DNA of 64,000 nucleotides from a virus (IMGVR_UViG_3300010163_000006:1-64000), one strand, 5' to 3'. Numbered from the stretch's first letter, positions 28,971 to 39,999 are shown. Notes: generated from the letters alone by a model not told the origin. Translations and numbers: made by a program.

Positions 28971-29894
28971 TTACTTATTGATCATCTGTTTTGCAACAGT
29001 GAGCAGATTTGAGTACTGGGTTCCACATTCCTTAGGATTGATGAACTTAGTTGATACATCGATACCTGATGCGAAGCCGTATGTTGCAACGAGGAACTGG
29101 AACATAGCCTGTGTGTTGAGATCATTGAGTCTCTTGTAGATCCATCTCTTGAGAGAATCTACGAACGCCGTCTGGTTCTTTGAAAGAGTTGCAGGAATCT
29201 CTGTTTTCTCCATCAACAGTGCTGACTTAATGATCATCGAAGGATTATCATAGATATCGAGAATATCCGCAGTGATAGGAAGATCACTTGCGATGAGATC
29301 CTTGATGGTGTCATTATTGTTCATAGCCAGACATGCTGCAATCGCAATAACCTGTGTGTTGTTGAGATCACAACATTTCAGAGAGACGATTCTTGTGATG
29401 TTTCCAAGGAGACATTCAATAGCATAGAAGATATGCTTGATCGGCTCCAGAGGATCACCGGCAGGAGTAGTTGTCTCAGCAGTCTTTTCACCCTTCTTGG
29501 GTTTCTCGGGTTCCTTGACATTCTGATCAACCCATCTGTTTGCAATCTTGGTAAGATATGCGCCGGTGATTGCATTCTCTTCAGTATTATTCTCTCTTGA
29601 GAGATACTGCATGAGCAGGTCGATGAATACGGGATCCATAGCATGCTTTTCGAGAGACATATTGAGACCCTGAGCCATTGTGTCGGTCTCCATATCAGCC
29701 TGGAGAAGATAACCCGCAATTCTGGGAACTCTTCTGACGATATCAGAATACAGACGATCTCTTGCCTGCTGGGTGACGATCAGTTTTTCCTGGGGCGACT
29801 GATACATCGGTACGTTAAGGTTTTTCAGATATGACTCGACGGACTCGAGTACAATGATATCTGAATCTGTGATTCTGTTTGGAATCATTTTCAA
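28971..29894 (-). CDS. Hypothetical helical protein
   Basis: 307-aa ORF with AGGAGG RBS and an early-type motif at 29943-29957. Confidence 0.7.
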   Translation of the reverse strand: MKMIPNRITDSDIIVLESVESYLKNLNVPMYQSPQEKLIVTQQARDRLYSDIVRRVPRIAGYLLQADMETDTMAQGLNMSLEKHAMDPVFIDLLMQYLSRENNTEENAITGAYLTKIANRWVDQNVKEPEKPKKGEKTAETTTPAGDPLEPIKHIFYAIECLLGNITRIVSLKCCDLNNTQVIAIAACLAMNNNDTIKDLIASDLPITADILDIYDNPSMIIKSALLMEKTEIPATLSKNQTAFVDSLKRWIYKRLNDLNTQAMFQFLVATYGFASGIDVSTKFINPKECGTQYSNLLTVAKQMINK

Positions 29895-29981
29895 ATCCTC
29901 CTATTTGTTTATTTGATATTTCTCTGTTGAGCATATCGCATAAATTATGTGTATATGCAAACAGAGAATTTTATCACGTTA

Positions 29982-31070
29982 TTATTTCCATTTGACCTGG
30001 TTTAAGATGGCTTTGTTATCGCCATTATCTGTTGGAACAGAGAACGTGTTTTTCTTCTTCCTCATGAAGTTCGGTCTTGTTGATTTCTTCATGCCGTCTC
30101 CCAAACCGCTTGCCTCTTTGTACTCATTATCGATTTCTTTTATTTGAGGTCTGGGAAGACCTGCAACAATGATTGATGCGACAGACACACCATCATTGTC
30201 ATCGTTAACGATGTTGCGGTATTCATCATACACATTGTCAAGACGGTTGTTAATCTCCTCAAAGACATTTCCGAAATCAGTATTCGCGAACATTGATGTC
30301 AGAGAATAACCGGTAAGAATAGTGCCCTGTTTAGCTTCATCAGGAGTCCATGCAGGCTGGAAACCAGAGAACACTTTTCTTGTTATCTCTTTTCTCAATG
30401 CTGGAATGGAATTTGCTTCAGCAGATACAGCAAGGAATCTACCAGGAGTATTGAGAATAACATCCAAGTCCGACTCATCAATGGAATCGAGATCGGTTTT
30501 ACCATACTTCTTACCAAAGATGATTTCAATGAGGTTAACTACTTCCTGGTTGACAGGGCCATAATCAGCATCACCTCTACGGTTTTCAAACATTGAATAC
30601 GTCTTGATTCCGAGCTCACCAAGTTCCATCAACAGATCATTTGTGTTGAGATGGAATGCCGTAGGGTCATTCTTGTTCGGGCATATAATGATGGGAATAA
30701 CCTGTACTCCTTTATCCAAAAGGGATTTACATACAGGGATTGCAGAACCAGAACCAGTTCCACCTGCAGCTGATGTTATAACAAGAATGGGAGATTTGGA
30801 ATTCACTGCATCAGAATACATTTCTTCAAATGCACCCTGGGACTCATGAAATTCGAACATATCTTTTCCACGTTCTCTGTTACGACCAGAACCAGTCTTT
30901 TCATCGGCAATGATAGGAATTACCTTTATTCTGTCCATTATAGACAGATCGATAGTTGATGTGACACTGTCGATGGCATACATTTTAATCCCATCGAGAA
31001 GTGGTGATTCAGCGGCGGCCTTGATGATGTTTGTACCACACCCACCGAGGCTAATTATGAGATTATTCAT
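29982..31070 (-). CDS. Tubulin/FtsZ-family GTPase (PhuZ/TubZ-like)
   Basis: LGGCGTNI, GSGRNRERG, tubulin signature AAGGTGSG, FEN, T7 loop SIDESD. Confidence 0.9.
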   Translation of the reverse strand: MNNLIISLGGCGTNIIKAAAESPLLDGIKMYAIDSVTSTIDLSIMDRIKVIPIIADEKTGSGRNRERGKDMFEFHESQGAFEEMYSDAVNSKSPILVITSAAGGTGSGSAIPVCKSLLDKGVQVIPIIICPNKNDPTAFHLNTNDLLMELGELGIKTYSMFENRRGDADYGPVNQEVVNLIEIIFGKKYGKTDLDSIDESDLDVILNTPGRFLAVSAEANSIPALRKEITRKVFSGFQPAWTPDEAKQGTILTGYSLTSMFANTDFGNVFEEINNRLDNVYDEYRNIVNDDNDGVSVASIIVAGLPRPQIKEIDNEYKEASGLGDGMKKSTRPNFMRKKKNTFSVPTDNGDNKAILNQVKWK

Positions 31071-31199
31071 TTTTATCGACCTCCATTTTAAATATATCAT
31101 AAAGAGCACCAATGTCATATCGTACAGGCGTACACAGATTTCCGAATCTTTAATTGATTTTTTTGATATAACACTGGTGCATCTTAATGAACTATGTGA

Positions 31200-31874
31200 T
31201 TATTTCTTGGAATCATTCTTGAGCCACTGCTTTACGTACGCGAGTGGTGTAACGAGAACCTTGTCACCCTCGACCACGTCGAACTCAAATATGTTATACA
31301 TATTGATCGTCTGTTTGAGTTCACGTGCAAGAGTTATTCCTGCAGCATGAGTTGCTCCGATAATCGGATAGATTGCGGCCGGGACCATGAGATTAACACC
31401 GTATTCCTTCAGAACGATTTCAAACGCCTTGTTTTCAACACCAGTAAGTGCTTCAAGAGCATATACCGATCTCCAGGCATTATAGTTTGAAAGCAGTGTA
31501 TCGGTATACGATGCACCGATTGTTGCAGATTTTTCATGTTGCTGGAACAAAGGAGTCTTAACATGATACATCTGGGGAACGATGTTCGTACTCTTGTCTG
31601 ACTCCGAATAATCCGTAACATATTCGAGCTGAATACCGCATACATCAACCTTACATTCATCGGTTCTTTCACTACCGAGCTTCTTAAGAATTTCAGTCCA
31701 ACCAACCGTGAACACAATCGGGATATGTGAGTGATCAGGGATGTTGATACCAAACTCCGCCTTCATAAGTCCTGCAGCTATTTCGGGGAGTTTCTTCGAG
31801 AGAATTGTATCACCTTTATAGGTCTCCATAAAGTTGTTTCTTCTCTCCTGGAATGTGGCATTTGTGTTTTCCAT
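31200..31874 (-). CDS. Hypothetical protein
   Basis: 224-aa ORF with GAAAGGA RBS, upstream of the tubulin gene. Confidence 0.7.
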   Translation of the reverse strand: MENTNATFQERRNNFMETYKGDTILSKKLPEIAAGLMKAEFGINIPDHSHIPIVFTVGWTEILKKLGSERTDECKVDVCGIQLEYVTDYSESDKSTNIVPQMYHVKTPLFQQHEKSATIGASYTDTLLSNYNAWRSVYALEALTGVENKAFEIVLKEYGVNLMVPAAIYPIIGATHAAGITLARELKQTINMYNIFEFDVVEGDKVLVTPLAYVKQWLKNDSKK

Positions 31875-31931
31875 TAAAATCTTCCTTTCTTAATTTGATT
31901 ACTGTACCACGACGTAGTACCGTATCACCAG

Positions 31932-31973
31932 AATTATATATGTCTTAAAATGCAATTTTAAATATACATTATT
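31932..31973. promoter_or_regulatory. Divergent pair of putative early promoters
   Basis: Minus strand AAGACATATATAATT (same 15-mer at 45246-45260); plus strand AAATATACATTATT. Confidence 0.6.
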
Positions 31974-32022
31974 CCCATGATACACAATAAAGATATAAGT
32001 CTATAAAAGGAGAAAAATAGAA

Positions 32023-34581
32023 ATGAGAATCATTTATATTAAACTTAAAAATTTCATTGGTGTCCACGCCGCAATGGGATTAAGAGAACTCGAATTATCG
32101 TTCGATCAAATCAACAAACCCATTATTCAGATCTATGGTAAGAATCGTTGTGGTAAGACTGTTCTTATCCAGCAACTGCATCCTTTCAGCAGTATCAATT
32201 TGAACGGTGATGAACGATCTGATCTTTCATTGATATTACCAAAAGAAGAGGGAATCAAAAACATTGTGTATGAGGTTGATGGTGAGGTATACAATATCAC
32301 TCACACATACAGTCCTACCAGAACAGGTCATACAATATCATCATCAATTCTTCATAATGGTGAGGAGTTGAATCCAAGTGGAGGTGTAACAGCGTTCAAC
32401 TCCATTATCGAACGCATACTCGGTATCAATAAGTATGTATTCCAGTTCATTATAAATGGAACACAACTTACATCATTTGCCAATATGTCAACGACCCAAA
32501 GAAAGAATCTTTTAAACAAAGCATTGGGTATTGACATATATGACAAGATACACAAGCTTGCGACTGATGATTATCGTTACACTAACAAACTCATCACATC
32601 TCTCAACAATACCAAGGAATACATTTTATCAACATATGGCTCATATGAAACGTTATGTGCAATGTTAAATCAAAAACAGAATGAAGCCGATATGTTGGCA
32701 AAACAGATTCTTGATACCAAATCCAACATGGATAAATTGTCAGGAGAGATATCTGTCATCAACAGCCAATCTCCACAGCAGGAATTACTTACAATCAATC
32801 ACCGTCTCACCGCATACAAGAACGTCATAGATGAAATGGGGACATATGATCCGAATATGTATGATAAACTCATACAGGAACAAATAGATCTCAATTCATC
32901 ATTGAGTTCATTAAAGAATCAAAGGACGATGATTCGTAAAGACATCGATCTTCTTTATGAAAAGAAAAACGATATCGAGAATACGATGATGGCAAGTAAA
33001 CGGGCAGCTGATGATTACAACAATATGCTCAATATGAGAGATGAGTTAAAACAAAAGATATCTGATATTTGTATCGAAATGCATGTAAGCGGTTCTTCAT
33101 CATATTACCGCAGTATGATCCAACCGGCACAAGCAATCAATGATACATGTACAGAAATCGTATCTTGTTTGAATGAGAATCATCTCAAAATGTTTACGGA
33201 AATGATTTCAAACGGAATCGATGTTAATGCGTTCCTTATTCAGGAAGGAAGTATTTTACTTGATTCAGAAAAAGAAATAAGTGCAGTATCACGTGTTAGA
33301 AGAATGATTGAAGGTGTTGAAGGTGAATGGACTGATAAGAAGTGTGATTTCCCAAATTGTTTGTACCGTAATACACACAAGATGTTGGAAACATATTTCA
33401 AATCATATCAAGGAGCAACATCATCACAATTTACCCAGTATGATCTTGAACAAATAGAACATGCCAACAAGAATGTTCAAACAATAAAACGTCTTCTTGG
33501 AATTGAAGTTCCTGTTGAATTGAAAGAGGTGTTTAATCTCAATACCATTATGATGAACATTCAAAAACGTCAGATCGGTATTGATGTTTCATATATTAAA
33601 TACCTGATGGAGGAAGCAGCAAAGGGTGAACAGAGAACACAATTCATTTCTCAACTTAGTGATGTTGAAAGAACTATCACTAATATGAAAGGTTTAATGT
33701 TACCTACTGACAATATGGATGACACAATCAGGGGTATTGAAGAAAAGATATCTGATCTTCGTAATAAAGATACGGATATAGATGGCCAGATTAGATCTTG
33801 TGAAGGATTACTTGATACAAATGACAGACAGAGATTACTGCTCTCTCAGGTAAAACATCTGAACATTGATGACCTGAATAGACGACATGGTCAACTCACT
33901 CTGTTAATCCAGAAACTCCATGATTCTGAGCAAACTTACAATCAGCTTTATACCACATACAATGAGATGATTATGCGATCAAACGTTCTTAACAATGAAC
34001 TCAAGAACTTATCTGATGCATATAATCAATATGTAAACACTGTTGCAGAGATTGACAAGCATGATACCATCAATGGTAGATACAAGATCATTGCCGAAGC
34101 GACAAGCAGTACCAAAGGAAAACCTGTTATTGCGATACGTGATACAGTAGAGAATGCTTTATCAATGACAAATAGATTACTTGACATCATGTATGACGGT
34201 GAGATAGAAATGTTGGATCCAGTGATTGATGAGAACAACTTCATTCTACCTTTCAGATGTGGTTCTCACATGTCATCAGACATCAGATATGGTTCACAAT
34301 CAGAAAGCACGTTATTGTCGCTTGCATTAGAAATGGCTTTGTCGTCTTTATTAACAAAATACAATGTGTTTTTGATAGATGAATGTGATGGATACCTCGA
34401 CTCGGAATTATCCGAATCATATATAACACTCCTCAAAAGTGTATTATCGGTCATTGGAAGTAGTCAGTGTTTCGTTATATCTCATCATGTTGGAATAGAT
34501 AATGAGCATTTAGATATCCATCAATTAAATTTAGAAAACGAGGTGATTAAACAATGTCAACAGAACAATGGAAAGATTTAA
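32023..34581 (+). CDS. sbcC: SbcC/Rad50-like SMC ATPase
   Basis: Walker A GKNRCGKT, coiled coils with CDFPNC hook, signature GSQSE, Walker B/D-loop LIDECDGYLD, ISHH. Confidence 0.9.
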   Translation: MRIIYIKLKNFIGVHAAMGLRELELSFDQINKPIIQIYGKNRCGKTVLIQQLHPFSSINLNGDERSDLSLILPKEEGIKNIVYEVDGEVYNITHTYSPTRTGHTISSSILHNGEELNPSGGVTAFNSIIERILGINKYVFQFIINGTQLTSFANMSTTQRKNLLNKALGIDIYDKIHKLATDDYRYTNKLITSLNNTKEYILSTYGSYETLCAMLNQKQNEADMLAKQILDTKSNMDKLSGEISVINSQSPQQELLTINHRLTAYKNVIDEMGTYDPNMYDKLIQEQIDLNSSLSSLKNQRTMIRKDIDLLYEKKNDIENTMMASKRAADDYNNMLNMRDELKQKISDICIEMHVSGSSSYYRSMIQPAQAINDTCTEIVSCLNENHLKMFTEMISNGIDVNAFLIQEGSILLDSEKEISAVSRVRRMIEGVEGEWTDKKCDFPNCLYRNTHKMLETYFKSYQGATSSQFTQYDLEQIEHANKNVQTIKRLLGIEVPVELKEVFNLNTIMMNIQKRQIGIDVSYIKYLMEEAAKGEQRTQFISQLSDVERTITNMKGLMLPTDNMDDTIRGIEEKISDLRNKDTDIDGQIRSCEGLLDTNDRQRLLLSQVKHLNIDDLNRRHGQLTLLIQKLHDSEQTYNQLYTTYNEMIMRSNVLNNELKNLSDAYNQYVNTVAEIDKHDTINGRYKIIAEATSSTKGKPVIAIRDTVENALSMTNRLLDIMYDGEIEMLDPVIDENNFILPFRCGSHMSSDIRYGSQSESTLLSLALEMALSSLLTKYNVFLIDECDGYLDSELSESYITLLKSVLSVIGSSQCFVISHHVGIDNEHLDIHQLNLENEVIKQCQQNNGKI

Positions 34582-35432
34582 ATCATTATCAGATCCAAAA
34601 AGGTTACAAAATATCGTCATACGGCAGAATTCGGTTTATGGATGGTGATCCATATGAACCAACATACCCATCATCAAACGGATATGTTTATTCATTATTT
34701 GGATTAAAAAGAAATGGAAATGATATGCCAAGATCACAATTATTTCCGATTGATGATTTGGTAGCGATAATGTTTCCTCCAGTTCCAGAAGAATTAAAAG
34801 ATAAACCATTAAATGTTAATCATATTGACGGTGATACACGTAATAATCATTTGACAAATTTGGAATGGATTGAAAGTGTTGAAGAATGGAAAGAAATAAC
34901 ATACCCGGGTGTAACCCCGGGTATGTATGAAATATCCAATTTGGGTAGAGTACGGAACAAGATGTACAAAGTTATTTTGAAACAATTCCCAAAGACCGGA
35001 GGATATATGAATGTGTCTCTTGGAAGTTATGGTGACAGAGGAAGGGTATCAGTTCACCGATTGGTCGCCCATGAATTTATCAAATGGATATCATTTACAT
35101 CAAAAGATGTTGTAAATCATATAAACGGAATTAAGACAGATAATAGGCCAAAAAATATCGAATTAATTTCCCAGAAGAATAACGTATGTCATGCATCAAA
35201 AACCGGGTTGTTTCCATCACACAAAGGCTCTAAAAATAATCGTGCTATTATAAATGAATCTATAGTAAAAATCATCTGCAATCTATTGGTGAAGTATAAT
35301 GGAGCAAGTTATGAAGTTCAGAAGGAATTGGAATCAAAAGGATTGCTGATAAATTTTGGAATTATTTCATGTATTAGAAATAAGGTAACATGGACAGAAA
35401 TATCTGACCATTATTTTTCGAAAGTTTCTTAG
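34554..35432 (+). CDS. Free-standing homing endonuclease with tandem NUMOD4-HNH modules
   Basis: YKISSYGRI / YEISNLGRV; VNHIDGDTRNNHLTNLEW and VNHINGIKTDNRPKNIEL. Confidence 0.88.
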   Translation: MSTEQWKDLNHYQIQKGYKISSYGRIRFMDGDPYEPTYPSSNGYVYSLFGLKRNGNDMPRSQLFPIDDLVAIMFPPVPEELKDKPLNVNHIDGDTRNNHLTNLEWIESVEEWKEITYPGVTPGMYEISNLGRVRNKMYKVILKQFPKTGGYMNVSLGSYGDRGRVSVHRLVAHEFIKWISFTSKDVVNHINGIKTDNRPKNIELISQKNNVCHASKTGLFPSHKGSKNNRAIINESIVKIICNLLVKYNGASYEVQKELESKGLLINFGIISCIRNKVTWTEISDHYFSKVS

Positions 35433-35437
35433 ATGTT

Positions 35438-35935
35438 ATGGTATCAGTGGGTGAGTCAATGGCAAATTGTTACAAATCAGAAGAACTTGAGGTTATTAAA
35501 AGAACTGAGGAAATTCTTCGTTCACATGGAGAAGTGGAAACTGCTGATGCACTAAAGAAGATCAGATACACCGCGACGGAAATCAGTGGATCAATGACAT
35601 CATCACCAAGAACAACCACCAGTACCAACAGAAGCACATTGGAACTGAAGATCGATGTCGAGAAGGCATTGAGCAAGTATTTCAAGAAGGACTGTGGTTT
35701 GTATAAGATTACAAATGATATTTGGGCAAAGGTTTTATACGACACAAACGGCGTGAGCATCATTATGCATCATAACGAGTTCACACTCGGACGTATCAAC
35801 ATGGATGATAAAACCCAGACGAGAATACGTATCGACGGGAATGGACATATTGTTCGTGCAGAAGTACTTGGCACCTATGCATACAGGCCTGAGTTCCAGA
35901 ATGCAATCGACAAGGTTCTGTCTATTCTCAGATGA
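35438..35935 (+). CDS. Hypothetical protein
   Basis: ORF after the HNH gene; start possibly 35459. Confidence 0.6.
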   Translation: MVSVGESMANCYKSEELEVIKRTEEILRSHGEVETADALKKIRYTATEISGSMTSSPRTTTSTNRSTLELKIDVEKALSKYFKKDCGLYKITNDIWAKVLYDTNGVSIIMHHNEFTLGRINMDDKTQTRIRIDGNGHIVRAEVLGTYAYRPEFQNAIDKVLSILR

Positions 35936-35947
35936 AACAAGTATAAG

Positions 35948-35971
35948 CAACCGGGACATATGTCCCGGTTG
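35948..35971. terminator. Terminator, perfect CATATG-centred palindrome
   Basis: CAACCGGGACATATGTCCCGGTTG plus T-tract, between convergent genes. Confidence 0.78.
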
Positions 35972-35985
35972 TATTTTTTTTTCTT

Positions 35986-38949
35986 TCATCGAACATTTCC
36001 GTAGTAGTTAGAAGGAATCATATCGACATTATCAACGTTGATAATTATTTTGTATGAATCTCCCGTGCTGACGATATTTGCAATTACTTCAGTATCATCA
36101 CTGATACTGAACGGTGTTTTGGTTATTCTTTTTCCATCGTCATACCAAATATCATATCCTGTATTGATGATATTTTTGTATGCTGCCTTGAGTCGGAATA
36201 ATGCTTCGTCATATAACATACCAACATTATCATCCTGCATGTTATAATATACATCAGCACATGATACATCATACATTGTCATTGAATCGTTTGGTGCGAT
36301 TTGCATTACACCATGATCAATTTCATCAAACAGTTTCATCATTTCAGAGTTTCCACCATTATCAAATATTCCACCAAATATGAATGTAAACTCTTCTTTG
36401 GTGAATTCAACCATGTATGATTTGAAATATGATATCACTTCTTTAAGGATCCTGAAATACTCTTCAGAACCAAGGGCCTTACACTCCAATGCTGCAAGCG
36501 ATGTATTGGCATATGTTTCCAATGCTTTAATAATAGATCTTAGCATGAGTATAATATTATCATTACCATCAGCTTTCTGTTGAAGCATGTATTCATATAA
36601 TGTGGGATTTGATATCATCAACAAATTCTCAAATGTTGTAGGACCATATACTGAACTGCCGAGATCGATATTCACTTTGTCGATTATAATCCTCTTGTAA
36701 TTTTCTTTCACCTTTGGAGATAACGTTGATCGTTGTACATCTATGTCTTTTGTGTATGACATCATTTTGGCATCGAACAAACCAACAAATGTTCGGTTTC
36801 TGAAAACCGTTTCACCGTTAATCTCATAAGTGTAAGCATTGTTATTCAATATATCATGTAGATAGATATCATATTCTTTTTTGTTGTATGTTATTGTGAA
36901 ATCTGGTTCAACCAATTTTCCAGTATTGTCAATATAACCCGGTGATTTAAAGAAAGACTTCAGATGCTCCAGCTCAATTGATGAAATACCGTATTTTTCA
37001 CATAATAACTTATCCGTGTCGATCGATGATTCTTCGTACCAATCACGAACCGGATCAACCAAGAACAATGCATTGAAAGTGTCTGTTACTTGTCGGAACT
37101 GCCGGATGGTTCGGCATGATCTAAGCTTCTCTTCAAGATATTTGTAGATCAGTTTTATATCCGTCATTAACATTTCGCCCGGGTTTGTATTATGCATATC
37201 GAGCACTTTGTTCAACATATCCATGAATCGAGTAGGTTCGAGATATTCATATTCGTACATTGCCATGTATGCATTAATATCCGTGTTTCTTATATTGAAA
37301 TTGAAAGATGCTATCTTAAAAGGCCACCCCTCTTTCAATGGATTAGGTTCAAATCCTGTCATGCCATTGAATAACATATCCAAACACATATACTTTCCTT
37401 CAGATGGTATGTACATATTACCTGACAATGGGTTTCCTTTAAAATCCAACATCTGCCAATGCATCATTATTATCAATGATAACACAGCATCATATACTGA
37501 CATTGTTGAGCTGCCATTGATGTTCCTGTTTATATTCAACAATGTCGTTGATGTTTCTTGCCTTCTGTCAAGTAATCCTCTTAAGAAGATGACACATTGC
37601 CACCATATGTCAGACATCGACATGTGGGTTGACAATTGAATATACTTTGAATTCGACAACGTGAAATTCATATCTTCTAACATTGTATCTATCTCGGTAC
37701 AATTCCACCAGCGTGGATCTCCTGATGTTATTTCTTTCAAACTATATTCTTTTTTATTCTCACGGAATTTAAAATATGATGTGTTATCATCAGCAGTACC
37801 CATTCTCCTGAATACTATATTCTGAACAGGTTTCCCATCTCTGTATACTGGGATACCATCTTGGAATACTTGTTGCTTTACCATGACGAGAGTGTATATG
37901 TCAGTGTCCTGATAACCTATAAGGTCCTTGACTCTGTATACAACGTTTGTTCCCTTATCCATTAACAGTAAACGAAATTTCTTCAGGAACTCTATCATTG
38001 GTGCGCCTTCCATTATAACAGAGGGTAATCCATATAATGTGAACAGATTATTTGCAGTGACATTATTCATGTATATGAGTTTATTTGACTTTCGTTGGAA
38101 TTCATTCATTGATGCACCAATAGACATATAGATCGTCAAGAATCTTATAAGTGAATTGTAATTGGGGTATATACTTGAAAAATCTCCCCTTAATGTTTGA
38201 TACACATAGTTTCTTGTTGATTTATAGATGTTACTGAATGCATGAACGATATTCGGTTCAACAGAGACATTTCCGAAGACGTTATGGTACGTGGATAACT
38301 TAGAATCATTTATCATCATGATATCTCCATCCCTGGCTTTTCTCGATACGTTTATCGGTATAGAATTACCACCAATGTATCTCAGATAAATTGCGTTGGG
38401 ATGTGCCTTCACCATTGGTTCATAGAACTCCGAATTCATAAACAGTTCCTGATATTTTGAAGGAAGTTCATGTATCGGTTCTGATCTTTGTATTACTGCA
38501 TCGGCACTATAACGTTCATAGAATTCATTGGGAATCATTAATATTTCATCAGCAGGTGTTTTATCATCACCCCTAAATGGTTTTCCTGTCAAATTGACAT
38601 AGTATTTGTTTGGTTCCTTGTACATTGAAATGAACTTTTCCCGAGCTCTTGTCAACAAGGTGTCTTTTATATTTACAGGGATCATCACCGGATTCTTCAT
38701 TAATAAAAAAATACGATCTTCATCATATCCTGCCTTTGCTAAAATATCATAAACTTCATACTCTTCATATTTATATGACTCGAAAATGTCGGTCTTTGTA
38801 ACAGCCCTTACATATGCTTCCCCGTTACGTTTAGAATCAAGTGTTTCGTACTTATCCGCTTCCTCCTGATTCTTGAACTCGGAGTTCTTTATTATGAGCT
38901 GTAATTTAAGTAAATATTCAGCCATAGGATTCGCTATCTGAGCACCCAC
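35986..38949 (-). CDS. Large virion structural protein (baseplate-type, tentative)
   Basis: 987 aa, GTG start with AAAGGAG RBS; wedge-like motifs EPNKYY, KGT, YFKSY. Confidence 0.5.
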   Translation of the reverse strand: MGAQIANPMAEYLLKLQLIIKNSEFKNQEEADKYETLDSKRNGEAYVRAVTKTDIFESYKYEEYEVYDILAKAGYDEDRIFLLMKNPVMIPVNIKDTLLTRAREKFISMYKEPNKYYVNLTGKPFRGDDKTPADEILMIPNEFYERYSADAVIQRSEPIHELPSKYQELFMNSEFYEPMVKAHPNAIYLRYIGGNSIPINVSRKARDGDIMMINDSKLSTYHNVFGNVSVEPNIVHAFSNIYKSTRNYVYQTLRGDFSSIYPNYNSLIRFLTIYMSIGASMNEFQRKSNKLIYMNNVTANNLFTLYGLPSVIMEGAPMIEFLKKFRLLLMDKGTNVVYRVKDLIGYQDTDIYTLVMVKQQVFQDGIPVYRDGKPVQNIVFRRMGTADDNTSYFKFRENKKEYSLKEITSGDPRWWNCTEIDTMLEDMNFTLSNSKYIQLSTHMSMSDIWWQCVIFLRGLLDRRQETSTTLLNINRNINGSSTMSVYDAVLSLIIMMHWQMLDFKGNPLSGNMYIPSEGKYMCLDMLFNGMTGFEPNPLKEGWPFKIASFNFNIRNTDINAYMAMYEYEYLEPTRFMDMLNKVLDMHNTNPGEMLMTDIKLIYKYLEEKLRSCRTIRQFRQVTDTFNALFLVDPVRDWYEESSIDTDKLLCEKYGISSIELEHLKSFFKSPGYIDNTGKLVEPDFTITYNKKEYDIYLHDILNNNAYTYEINGETVFRNRTFVGLFDAKMMSYTKDIDVQRSTLSPKVKENYKRIIIDKVNIDLGSSVYGPTTFENLLMISNPTLYEYMLQQKADGNDNIILMLRSIIKALETYANTSLAALECKALGSEEYFRILKEVISYFKSYMVEFTKEEFTFIFGGIFDNGGNSEMMKLFDEIDHGVMQIAPNDSMTMYDVSCADVYYNMQDDNVGMLYDEALFRLKAAYKNIINTGYDIWYDDGKRITKTPFSISDDTEVIANIVSTGDSYKIIINVDNVDMIPSNYYGNVR

Positions 38950-39006
38950 TTATATCACTCCTTTAGATAAAAAAAAATAACCGAGCGGAATTGCTCGGTT
39001 ATTAAT

Positions 39007-39930
39007 TCAGAATAAACCAGAATCAGCACCATCATCATCTTCCATGAAGTCAATATACTCTTGGTTCGCTCTACCAATGATATCCTCCCAATTGTTTATT
39101 AACAGATTTGAAGTTCCATTTATACTTCTAACCGGATTGATCGTTTCGGTACAACGACCAATAATGATTTCTCTGATGTGGTCCAATGAATAGTTACCCG
39201 GAGGTAACGGATCATCTGGAAACAACAGATGATAGAGTAACATGGTGGTATCAAAATCATACGCAAGTAAATGTGTTCTCAGATTGGAGATGGAACTGTA
39301 ATATTCCGAACTCGTTAGTGCCTGTGTAAAGTTTAACAGAAGATCAGCATTTCTTATTTCTTTAATGATTTGCTTTCCTCTCTCTTTGTTCCCTGTGTAC
39401 GTGCTGTATCCCCGACAGTCTTGTCTATACATGGGATCAATGAATAATATGTCAACACCAAAATTCATCGAAAGATATTGACATATTATATGCCCAAATT
39501 TAAGCAGTCGGGGAAAATCCTCAAACATCAGTATCTGGATACCGTTTCCCTGAAGAGGATCTTTAAATAGGAAATTGTAAACAGCAGTAAATGTTTCCGG
39601 ATTGTTTAGATGATGAACATAACTGTCCTCTCCAGAAACGTAACCACGTTCATCACTACCCATAACATATTCAACATCATGGGGTGTCGGGTCAATGCAT
39701 GTGCTGTACTTAACATTATGAACTGTGGCAAACTGTTTGACATCAACTTTTCCAGATGTAACGATTTCACCATATTCGTTGTATCCCATGTTCTCATTGA
39801 CATATGCCATGGCTTTGTTTGTTCTCTTATCACCAACATAATAGTTGGCTTTCAACAAAGTATCAGCATTCATCAACTGTGTCAAGACATTCAGGAAACA
39901 TCTTTTACTTGTTACGATCATTACGATCAC
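39007..39930 (-). CDS. Hypothetical protein
   Basis: 307-aa ORF with GAAAGGAG RBS, flanked by hairpins near 38980 and 39975. Confidence 0.65.
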   Translation of the reverse strand: MIVMIVTSKRCFLNVLTQLMNADTLLKANYYVGDKRTNKAMAYVNENMGYNEYGEIVTSGKVDVKQFATVHNVKYSTCIDPTPHDVEYVMGSDERGYVSGEDSYVHHLNNPETFTAVYNFLFKDPLQGNGIQILMFEDFPRLLKFGHIICQYLSMNFGVDILFIDPMYRQDCRGYSTYTGNKERGKQIIKEIRNADLLLNFTQALTSSEYYSSISNLRTHLLAYDFDTTMLLYHLLFPDDPLPPGNYSLDHIREIIIGRCTETINPVRSINGTSNLLINNWEDIIGRANQEYIDFMEDDDGADSGLF

Positions 39931-39999
39931 TCCTTTCGAATATATAAAATATATACGAGATTTTTATTTTTTATGCCCGGGATTTCCCGGGCATATGTT

